A DNA stretch of 64,000 nucleotides, taken from NCBI RefSeq assembly GCF_964188315.1, contig NC_135657.1:52142001-52206000 (forward strand), read 5' to 3'. Positions 37,674 through 47,921 of this stretch are shown here, one piece after another. The notes under the pieces are model-generated. The model was not told where the DNA came from, made no database searches, and worked only from the letters and a program-made list of their open reading frames with translations. How positions within the stretch are numbered: the first letter of the stretch is position 1; each line of letters starts with the position of its first letter. The DNA comes from Podarcis muralis. Taxonomy: Eukaryota. The position numbers and the translations under genes are program-made.

Positions 37674-37955
37674 GACAGAACAAGCCGTCTTAAGAACAGC
37701 TTCTTCTCCAGAGCGATCTCGGCCCTGAATGGGAAGCCTGGACTTTGAAAGTCATCTAATCTTCCTTGCTGTATTATACTGTATTGTTTTAATTAGTGTT
37801 TTTATAGTGTTTTTTATAGTGTTTTATAGTGTTTTTATAGTGTTTTGATTTTGTGTGGAGTGCCCTACCTGGGTGGATGGAGCAGCCAAGTAATTTCGTT
37901 GTCCCCGAGAGGGGGCAATGACAATAAAGATATTATTATTATTATTATTATTATT
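37674..37955 (+). mobile_element. Rex1/Babar-like LINE 3' fragment
   Basis: It encodes RTSRLKNSFFSRAISALN, resembling the Rex1 C-terminal R-T-x-R-x-K-N-S-F-F-P-x-A-I motif. It ends aatgacaataaagat(att)n. Confidence 0.6.
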
Positions 37956-39904
37956 CTTTCCAGTGTTCAAGGGGTGAGGGTTGATGCTTACCCAGCCAGA
38001 ATGATGCCAGTCACACACAAGAGGGAAGTAGGAGCATGTTTGGGAGAAACAAGAGCTTTGCAGAAATACCAAAAAGTGGGCAAAATCCTCACAAAACAGC
38101 TGAAACAGAACTATGCATGTGTCAAAATCTGTGTGTGACTATCTCCTTTCATCCAAACAAAATTAAATCTGCAATAATGTTCCACTGGTTTCTCAGTGCA
38201 TCCCTCCTTAGATTGGATATTTGTGAATATGGTCAATTTCAGTGCTTCTCTGTCTCTTACTTTTGCTGTCTTAAATTTAAGTCATCCCATTTCCACAGCA
38301 GTTTGTGTGTGTTAAAATTCAACATTTTAGTGTGAATTTCTCCCAATGTACACATGTTTGTACGTAATTGTGCCTAGTATACACATTTTTTGCAAAGGAA
38401 TTTCCCCTAATGTAATGCATTTGTGTGTGTTATTTTCACTGACATATGAGTAAGTTTCCAAGCATATGTATTTATGTAAACATTACTTGGCTGGAGAATT
38501 GTATTGCAAAATTCAGAAAAGTGCATATTTTGAAGGAAGGCTGTTTCAGTTTGTGTATTGTTTCAACAAGAGTGAATTAGGTAAGCTGGTATACAATGTG
38601 AACTGAATTGAATTTTTTCCCATCCTTAGCTCAGACCTGAGCAGTCTCCTGGCTGAGAAGGATGAGGTTTGAAGGCAGAGATTGGCCCCAATGCCTGCCT
38701 TCAAAGTATCCCTTTGAGCATTTTATATCTGCACCTTCAAAACCTCTCAGTGTGACCCTTCTCAGACAGGGAGGCTGCCCAGAGCTGAGTTCAGAAAGTA
38801 CAACCTCCTTGTTTATGTATTATTTCAACTGTACAGTCCACCCTTCCTCTCCAAAGAGAGCCCAGGTAGCTCTCAATAATAAAAAATGCATTAAAATTAA
38901 AATAACACTATAAACAAATTGCAAAAAACAGTTTGGGTTCAGAAGGTATCCTAACATGTGTTTTCTATTTGGTTTTCGCTCTCCCTTTTAATCAAACTGA
39001 AGATAGCCCACCAGCCATGTATGGTGGCCCAAAGGGGACTCAATAAGCTCCATTTTTGTTTCATGTCTGAAATTCATAAAGTTACGGGGGGGGAGCTGTC
39101 AAATATCTGGCATAGCAAATGCATGGATAATAGGCTGTGTTTCATTAGATAAGGCACAGGCTATGGTATATGCAGGCCTGGTTTATATGCTCATTTTAAA
39201 AAGATATTTTTAATCACGAAGTCGTAATTCTTCTGTGGTTCATGTTCTCTTGAATATGCTTCAATATGATGAAAAAGAAAATGTTCAATAGTATAAACCC
39301 AGAGTTTATCTGTTTTTCAGCACATGGACAAGAACACTAGACTAGACTGGAAATAATTTAAATGGTCATACTGTCCATTTTGCATTAGTGGTTTTTTTTA
39401 AAAAGAAAGAAAGAAGTTTTTAATGACATATAAATATTTTTTGCATCATTTTATTTAAGACAGCTTAAATAATGGGCATTGTGGGAAACATAAAAGCAGA
39501 AGGAAAATATGCTTCGAGAAGAAGCAGCTATTAATGAGCAAATTCGCCCAACGTAGTAACTACATTTTCTTGAATTTATTTTGTTCACTTACTTGCAATG
39601 ATATACTAAATTGGTTCACACTGGTAAAAAGCGAAGAAAAGCACAGTTTTGAGGGCAATGAATCAAACTAGTTTTATCTGCCTATAGAATGCTGTTTACA
39701 GCTCATCTAAAATGGCAGTTGCTGGCAAATTAAAACAAGTGAATAGAAGAGAAATTTCTACCCCCCACTACATTTGTGTTTTCTCAACCCCCCCTGCCCC
39801 AAAACAGTAAGAGTGGTGGGCAAAAAATGGCATGAACATTTCAGTGGTGACACATCTTAATGGAACTTCCCCCTATAGGGTGGCTCTTTGGCCCCCTCTT
39901 TATA

Positions 39905-40197
39905 TCATTTTAAATGAGCCTTAAAAACTTACGTCTTTCAGTCTGCTTTCAGTTGCTGACACCCATCTGTTTTTTTTAAAAAAATACTATTGTTCTGTGT
40001 TTTATCCTTACTGGTCTCAATCAGGATGTTTTTACGCTGCTATTTTATTTAATGTTTTAAATGTGTTTAATAATTCACATGGTTTTATGACTGTTTACGT
40101 TGTATTTATATTGGTTTGGTTATGTTTTATGTAAACCACTTTGCAGAAGCTTGGAAGCTTTAACCAGGAGAGTGGGGTGTTAATACTTAAATAAATG
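39905..40197 (+). mobile_element. L2-type LINE 3' remnant
   Basis: ccttaaaaacttacgtctttcagtctgctttc is followed by a T-rich UTR and tgtaaaccacttt...taaataaat. Confidence 0.45.
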
Positions 40198-41313
40198 ATA
40201 TACACAACCATACAAAGTCATCCATTCAGACTCAGGTTTTAATTTGCCTTCTGTAATTTGCTGGCTTTTAATGAAGGTGTCTTTATGTACAGTTAAATTA
40301 CCATCTCCATTTTCTAAGTTAAGGTGAGCTCCTGGAAATTTATTTATTTAAATGAAGGCATCTAATCTTCCCTCTATTAGAATTCCTAATGGTTCATATG
40401 TGAGAGGGTTCCATAAGCAGGAATAGTGTTCAGCTGGGAAAACCATCACCAGGTGCTTTTAGTTATAACTTGTCTCCAGTAGACAAACTCCAGAGACCAT
40501 TTGGGCTGTGTGCATAGGCTTGTAAGCCTTCAATTAATATTCCTAGACTTACTTTTTGAGCTTTGGTCTCTTGCATGGCATCGTTGCCACATCTCAGAAC
40601 TGCTGAAGAATGTTCTCCTTTGACTATGAGTTGACTTTAATTAAATTTCTGTGCCTGGAAAGTGAAAATCTAATTTTCTTTTTGACATTTTCTATATTAC
40701 TACTTAGACAAAATTATGAAAATAATTAATCCCTGTGAAGCAGACAGCAGCATTATAAGAGGTACAAAAATATTGCATATAAATAATACCACTAATCACC
40801 AATCTGTTATAATTTATTGATGTAAGTGCTTATTACAAATCTTAAATCAAATTTGTTCTTGATGTAGAGAATCTGCCAAACTACTGCAAAAAGTAGCTGG
40901 ATATCAGTAAATGATTTTACAGCTACTTTGAATCATTTTTACGCCTGTAAAAAATCAGTTTATGTGACTGTTTCCCATCTTCTTCCAAAATATAAGCAAA
41001 TATGATTGATGAGTTGTCCCACATAACATTGAGGAAACATTTGAATGCTCACTTTCAGCTTTCTGTTTCAAATGTTGTCCAGGCTAGAAGAGGATGGGAA
41101 TGTTAGCAGCATATATTTATGAAGCTAACTTATACTGAGGTAGATCATCAATACTTCTAGTAAAGTATCTTAAAGTATCTGCACCTAATTTGTTGCTTTA
41201 GCCCTAAATAAAAATTATTGCACATAGATATAATGTGACATAAAATACCTTTGGGTATCACCTCTTTGCACACAAACCAGCCTGCACATTAAGTCCATCT
41301 TAGAGGCCATTTT

Positions 41314-41630
41314 CATAGACCCTGAGGATCATCTAGTTCAACCCCTGCAATGCTGAAATCTCAATTAGATCCTACATGGCAAATGGCCATCTAAGTTCTG
41401 CTTAAAAACCTCCAAGGAAGGAGAGTCTACCACCTCTCATGGGAGTCTGTTCCACTGTCAAAGAGTTCTTACTGTCAGAAAGAGCTTTCTGATGTTTAGT
41501 TGGAATCTCTTTTCTTGGAACTTGAATCTATTGGTTCTCCAGAGCAAGAGAAAACAAGCCTGCTCCATTTCCCATGTGACAGCCATTTAGATATTTGAAG
41601 TTGGCTATCATATCTTGTCTCAGTCCTCTT
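41314..41630 (-). mobile_element. CR1 3' fragment
   Basis: It has the same reverse-complement CR1 signature as 25971-26250 (catctagttcaacccctgcaatg...aaaaacctccaaggaaggagag...cttactgtcagaaag). Confidence 0.85.
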
Positions 41631-41638
41631 ATTCAGAC

Positions 41639-41764
41639 TGTTGTTATTTAGTCATTTAGTCATGTCCAACTCTTCGTGACCCCATGGACAAGGGCACACC
41701 AGGCACTCCTGTCTTCCACTGCCTCCCGCAGTTTGGTCAAACTCATGTTAGTAGCTTTGAGAAC
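41639..41764 (-). mobile_element. BovB 3' tail fragment
   Basis: ttgttatttagtcatttagtcatgtccaactcttcgtgaccccatggac...ttccactgcctcccgcagtttgg is the reverse complement of the 3' end seen at 33850-33968. Confidence 0.9.
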
Positions 41765-42844
41765 CACAACAGGTTCTCTGTTGAAGGTACTAGCCAGGGA
41801 AAGGGTCCTTTGGGTTGTGGCATGCTCCCTTCAGAACACTGTTTTCAGGAAAGCAATCCAGCTGCCAAATCTCATGTCTTTTTTTAGTGCTGGAACAAAT
41901 AGTGCAGTAGTGGTGTGTTTGCACCTGTATTTGATTGGAATTAGAATTGGATCAAAAATGTGAAAGGCTTCCACCCACATAGGAGGTAAATGGGACCAAT
42001 AGCACTTTCCTTGTTTGCTGCATCCTGGTTGAATTGGTTTTATTTCGCTGTTATGACTTTATGCTCTTGCTGTTTTGCTGTTTTTTTAATTGTTTATATG
42101 TGGTTTAATTGTTTGTTTCTGATTTGTTAGCTGCTCTGGGAGCAGAAATACCGAGGAATGAGACATATTTCCTCCATACCCAGTAAGCAAATAAACTATG
42201 TATATTGGTTGTATTGATAGTGCTCCATGCACTGGTCTTAGCCCCAAGCTGCTTCTGTTTGGGTATGTTGAAGGGAAAAGCAGTACTGGCTTCAGATCAG
42301 GAAATATGTGGCTTTGTCCCTGGAAGAGCACTGCAGCCCCTAGTGGAGAAATGTTCACATTGCATATACATGCACGACAAATGTTTTGAAATAAAAAGCA
42401 CGTTGAAAGGCAAATCTCATTGATTTTGACTTCCTAAAGAGATGCATATTCAAGTGTACAAATGAGAAGCGATAGCTTTCCACTTACTTCATACTGATAT
42501 ATGAGCGTCAGAGCCATTAGCCCACTATTTAAGTACCTTAGAAAGTCTCTTTCTTAATTTCCAGTTCAGCAAGTACTCAGGTTCATGAGTGGCTCTGTTG
42601 AATATGCCTAAGTGTGTTTCAGAAGCAGAGCAGACAACGAGAGACTGGAAAAAATGGATTATTGTTGTTCCATGGGTACCAGAATGCCTCCTTAGCAAGT
42701 GTAAGGAGAAAAAGGAGAAAAAAGAAGAGCAATGAAATGAATTTATTTGAAACTAGGGTGTGTGTGCGCGCACGTGCACGTGTTTTCAACAGCGTGAGGA
42801 AAGACATCAGAATTTGGAACAGAATTGTTGACAGGCATTTGATG

Positions 42845-42904
42845 AATAGAATAGAATAGAATAGAATAGAATAGAATAGAATAGAATAGAATAGAATAGA
42901 ATAG
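42845..42904. repeat. (AATAG)12 microsatellite
   Basis: A perfect pentanucleotide array, read directly. Confidence 0.95.
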
Positions 42905-43029
42905 GAGGGTCCAAATTACATGCACTTCCAGCAACAGGGGAGATGCTTCTGATGGGACAATTCCACATCACTAGGAAGTATCCAAATGAATAAGCTACAT
43001 TCACCATTCTAATTTAGAACATGAGCATA

Positions 43030-43336
43030 CAGTGGTGCCCCGCAAGACGAATGCCTCGCAAGACGAAAAACTCGCTAGACGAAAGGGTTTTCCATTTTTT
43101 TTGTCGTTCTGCAAGACAAATTTCCCTATGGGCTTGCTTCGCAAGACGAAACGTCTTGCGAGTTCTTGCGAGTTTGTTTCCTTTTTCTTAAAGCCGCTAA
43201 GCCGTTAATAGCCGCTAAGCCGCTAATAGCCGCTAATAGCCGCTAAGCCGCTAATAGCCGTGCTTCGCAAGACGAAAAAACCACAAGACGAAGAGACTCG
43301 CGGAACAGACTAATTTCGTCTTGCGAGGCACCACTG
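43030..43336. mobile_element. Second copy of the 8378-8766 MITE family, opposite orientation, 307 bp
   Basis: TIRs are cagtggtgccccgcaagacgaa / ttcgtcttgcgaggcaccactg, with TA at 43028-43029 and 43337-43338. The (agccgcta) array is shorter. Confidence 0.9.
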
Positions 43337-43407
43337 TACTTCAATCAACAGAACCCGCACTGTTAACAGTGCCACATAATACCCATTCCACAATTGTAAT
43401 AGTTTGA

Positions 43408-43700
43408 GCTTTTAGTGTGGCAGCACCTACACATTGGAACCCCCTGCCTATTGATATCAGGCAAGCTCCTTCAGTGTACTCTTTCTGGTGCCTGCTAAAA
43501 ACATTCTTATTCAGACAAGCCTACCCAGATGTTTATAAAGTTGGTGCGAGTTTTAAGTCTATTGTCATTTAAACTTTTGAGAAGAATTAAATTATTACTG
43601 TTAATTTTTCTTAGTGATAATTTTCTTGTTTTATTTTGAGGTTGTCTTTTCTTAAAAAAAACAACAAGCAGTGTACAAAATTTTATGAAATAAATAAAAT
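43408..43700 (+). mobile_element. L2 LINE, ORF2 C-terminus and 3' UTR remnant
   Basis: It translates to AFSVAAPTHWNPLPIDIRQAPSVYSFWCLLKTFLFRQAY, the canonical L2 AFS..AP..WN.LP..R...S...F...LKT.LF motif. Confidence 0.75.
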
Positions 43701-44030
43701 AGGACAGAATGACACTGTATTGTTTTATTTGAATCCAGTGGTAACTCAGCAACTTTCTTAGATTAACTTGGAGTGCCTGATGTTAGCACCTTGAAATTGG
43801 CTCTGTGTGATATTCTTGAGATGCTGCTTTCTCTGCTTTCTTTAGACATATTCTGGCTCTGGATGTTGTTTGATACACAGATAAGTGGATACATTAATGC
43901 CTTGCATTTCCGCTATTTATGCAGCCACTGTATTTTCCAAAGCAGAATCCTCACAGGGAAGATGTGCATGCAGCTTACACATCTCCCCTAAATGAGTTCC
44001 CCATTGTACAATGCATTGACAGTGCAATTT

Positions 44031-44165
44031 AACATAAGACTCGACCCTGGATTAGACCAAAGTGCATCTAGTCTCCAGCATTCACATTCAACAGTGGCCA
44101 GCCAGGTAAATTCCCCTTTGGAAGCTCAAAACCAAGAAAGCATGAAACACTTGCACTCCCTCTTG
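44031..44165 (-). mobile_element. Ancient CR1-type 3' end (cttatgtt tail)
   Basis: The reverse complement reads ctggccactgttgaatgtgaatgctggagactagatgcactttggtctaatccaggg...cttatgtt, similar to 56935-57113. Confidence 0.55.
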
Positions 44166-44589
44166 GTGTGTCCAAGGCTGCTCTTAACAATATACACGTA
44201 GGAGAGTTATCAATTAAGCTTAGCTCAAATGTGAGCTAATGTAACACAAACAAACAGCTATTTAACATTTTGGTTTCTGCACACATAATGTTGACTAGCA
44301 GAGTGTCAGAGGCAAAAGGGAGCTCAGCTTTTCAGGTAAATAGAGTAGTGGCTGGACTGGTGCTGCAGGAGCAGTGCTGTCATTTGGCCAACTAGGCAGC
44401 CCCCTAATGCACAGACCTCAGAAAGCTCAAACTAATAAACACTTATACACACTCAGCAATGTTGCAAAAGAGACTAGTTGACTTGGCAACTATATATATA
44501 TTGAGCTCCAAGCATCAGCACTTGACCTGAAGGGACTGGTGATAAAATTTGCAAAGCAAAAGGCACACAAACTGAAATTTTGATTCACG

Positions 44590-44745
44590 TAGGTAGCCGT
44601 GTTGGACCGACACAGTCAAAATAAATAAAAAATTGTCCAGTAGCACCTTACAGACCAACTGAGTTTGTTCTGGCTATAAGCTTTTGTGTGTATCTGAAGA
44701 AGTGGGCATGCACACAAAAACTTATACCCAGAACAAACTTAGTTG
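44590..44745. mobile_element. Penelope-like element remnant with a tail-to-tail inversion
   Basis: gtagccgtgttgg...ccagtagcacctta-agaccaact-agtttgtt matches recalled reptile PLE termini and the copy at 60810-60932. It has 35-bp inverted arms at 44656-44690 and 44711-44745. Confidence 0.7.
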
Positions 44746-47700
44746 AAATTTTGATGTGCCTGATATTGAAACTTTTATTAGACTTGCACTTTTAACATTT
44801 CAATTCACAAGATTATTCAAAATGATCCCCATGCTAAAACATTTATTTTGTATTTGAGAAACATTGCCTTACTTATGACTGCAATTTAAAGTAAATTTAG
44901 CAGTTTCAAGTTTGGGGCTTTTCATTTTTTCCCTACAAGACATGTGTTTTTGAAAATTGAAGTTAGCAATTTGGGGGGGGGGGGAATAGATGCAAATACT
45001 TAGCCTTGTCTAAGGTGCAAAATAGCCAGGCACAGTTGGATTTTGTTAGTCATGTTCCATTGTCCCAAGTAACATCATGCTGGAGTAAGGATTGATATTA
45101 TGGGAGCTTATTTAGTAATAAGTGCTAGCAGAGAGACAGTTTTTTGCTAGGTATATTGAAATGAGACTCTAAGGTAAATAATAAGCATTTTACTAGGGCA
45201 GGGGAGGGAATGCTACTTAATCATATATTTTAACTGCTTGAAGCCATTCCAGCCTCTTGAGGAAATAGTGGCTCTTGTAACAGCATCTAATTATTTCTTT
45301 TCTAAAGAAGACCAACTGCATGAATAGCAAGTATTTTAAAGCTTTCCGTAAAGGTATTTCTCACCTCAAAAAAAAACAAAAAAACTTTCTAAATTTTAGG
45401 AAGAAAGATATTTCCAGGTCTATACAGCACAACAGAACAGGAAGGATAATGTTGAGTCTCTGAATTTGCAGTTGTCACTCATGGAAAATACTGTGTCTCA
45501 GTTTCAAAACGGTGATTATGTGGTGGGGTAATTTTTGGAATACTTCCTAGCAGTTTGTAAAGGCAGAAGTATTGGGGAAAGCATCGATGATGAGTGTCAG
45601 TAGTTCAATTTTTAGAAGTGCTGTTGAAGGACACAAACAGATACTAGTTATTACAAATAAAACCCTTTCCTAATGCTCCTTTAGCACTCCCTATAGTAGC
45701 CAGCATGCCACATCTTCCTCCTCTACAAATGGTCGTTTTCCTTTGGCAAGGATCATTTGCATAACCCCTCAAGTGTATGAAATCCTTGGCTATAAACAGA
45801 TATATTATCTCCCTCAAAAATTACTCAATGCAGTCATAAGAAATCCTGATGGATTCTGTGATATGGTGTCTCACAAAGCACAGCTGTTCTTTGTGAAAAG
45901 ATCAAATTATGAGATTTTGAAGCAATTTGATTTGTGATGATATGTGCCCCTGTTGTAGAGATGCGGATGCCCGATTCCTTAAAGAATATATCATTTCTAA
46001 GGTATGGTCTTACCAAAAGAAGGTATTTTTGGAAATGAATGCAGGGGTGTGCATTAGATACTGATTCAGCAGCCAGGTGAAAAGCTCTCTATAGTTTTTA
46101 AAGCATGATTTAAAGTGTTGCAGATCTGCTGTTGTTAAAACACTACTTGCTTTGGGCCCCAGTTAAAGTTTATACTGAGTAGAACATTTAAATTGGGATT
46201 AGTAGAGCATCCCTTAGGTCATGTCAGGTTTAAAGCCCCACAGAGTGCAGCATTAGCGCCTCAAATGGGTGAGTGGGTTTTGGAGCACCAACAAGAGTAA
46301 GAGAGAGCATGGTTGTTGGAAAGCCATTCAAAGTCAGGCACTACAAAAAGCAGTTCAATCCAAGTGGCCAGCTGTTAGGGCAAAGGATACTGGCAGAATG
46401 TCTCAACTCTTTGGGACTGATTATTTAGGTTGCAGATATAGTAATAAGCTAATAATAAAATTTATTATTTGATTACTGCTTGCCAGTATATGTCTTTGAT
46501 TTATTTTTCTTTGCATCTGCTTTTGGATCAATCAGGCTTGGGAATATGTTACTGCAGGAAAGTGAAAGGAAACCTGGGATGAACCCATTGGATTCTCAAA
46601 GAAACTTGCTATGCTGTAGCAGAATACATTTATAGTAGATCATTATACTTTCTCTTAGGTTTTGAAACAGTTGTGTAAGGGTACTTATCACACTGAATAT
46701 TCAGGGGTTTGGTGTTCACCACTTATAAAAGTACACCTACAAATAGTAAAATTCAGGTAACATACTTAATAACATTGAGAAGAAGACATGGAAAATCCCC
46801 GTTATCTGCTAAACACAGAGTACACCAGCTGTCAAAAGCCCAATATTAACAAAACTTACTGAACTTCTCTGACATTATGTTAAATACTCTGTGTTCTCTA
46901 TTTTCATAACTGCAACCAATTTTACCCTGAATAGCAACTGATGCAGTGAGATGCAATTGCATTAATGCCTCAGTGACCTATCATAACAGTCGCTACATAG
47001 ATGTTATGATTTTATGCCAGATCCTGCTGCATTATGACAGTCATGGTTGGTTTATTGATGACTCCATTAATTTAGTTGAAAGGACAGACATTTCAGTATT
47101 GATTTTCTAAGATATTCATGTGTAGGTTTGGCAGGTCAAAAATATCATCTTGTCCAATTTACAGCTCTTTGGAATCAGCAGCCTTTCCAGACTTATTAGC
47201 TTTACCTATTATTAGGGGATAAAACTCAATTAGCACTTCCAGTCTATCCTACGAAAAGAAATTTCCCCAAGGTATAGATGTGTTGCTTAATAATTCGCCT
47301 AGCCAGTTATATCCTGTCTTTAGTCAGTATGTGAAAGCTTTGGGAATATTTAAGTAATACAAAGAGAATCAGATTGCACTTCACATTTCGCAACAAGTCA
47401 ATATACAAATGCTTGGCTGTCCTTTTGAAATTTGGTCAGTGTTGTTGAACTATTATTCTCATTAATCATTGGTTGCTTTTAAAAAGAAGTCAAACTTTTA
47501 CATTATGTATAGTGAAAAGTACATCAGATGGAAAGAACAGTGTGTTTTAGGGTGCCTGTGTTTTTTAAAAAGAAAAACATTGGCCATTTTTAATCTTTTA
47601 AAATAATGACATTGAAAGAAACCAATGACACTGTTGACCACTCCAGTGTGTGTCATTAAAAATAAAATATATTGGAAAGACATACCTTTCCAATATATTT

Positions 47701-47869
47701 TATTTTTAATGACACAGTGTAAAAATGCGACATGAATTTGACCCATATGTGTATGGAATATTACATAGGCATGCTCATCAGAAATGGATGGGACAACAGC
47801 ACTATGCAGATATTCCATCTATACACTCTAGATCAACAACACTGGTGAGGGTCAAGATCAGGCTTGTTC

Positions 47870-47873
<4 letters not shown>

Positions 47874-47919
<46 letters not shown>
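47874..47919. repeat. (TC)n microsatellite
   Basis: Read directly from the sequence. Confidence 0.95.

Positions 47920-47921
<2 letters not shown>

Noticed and set aside
41161-41180. Short tandem duplications (taaagtatct x2; also cagtagcagaga x2 at 50196-50219)
   Set aside because: These are ordinary slippage or micro-duplication events with no further structure.
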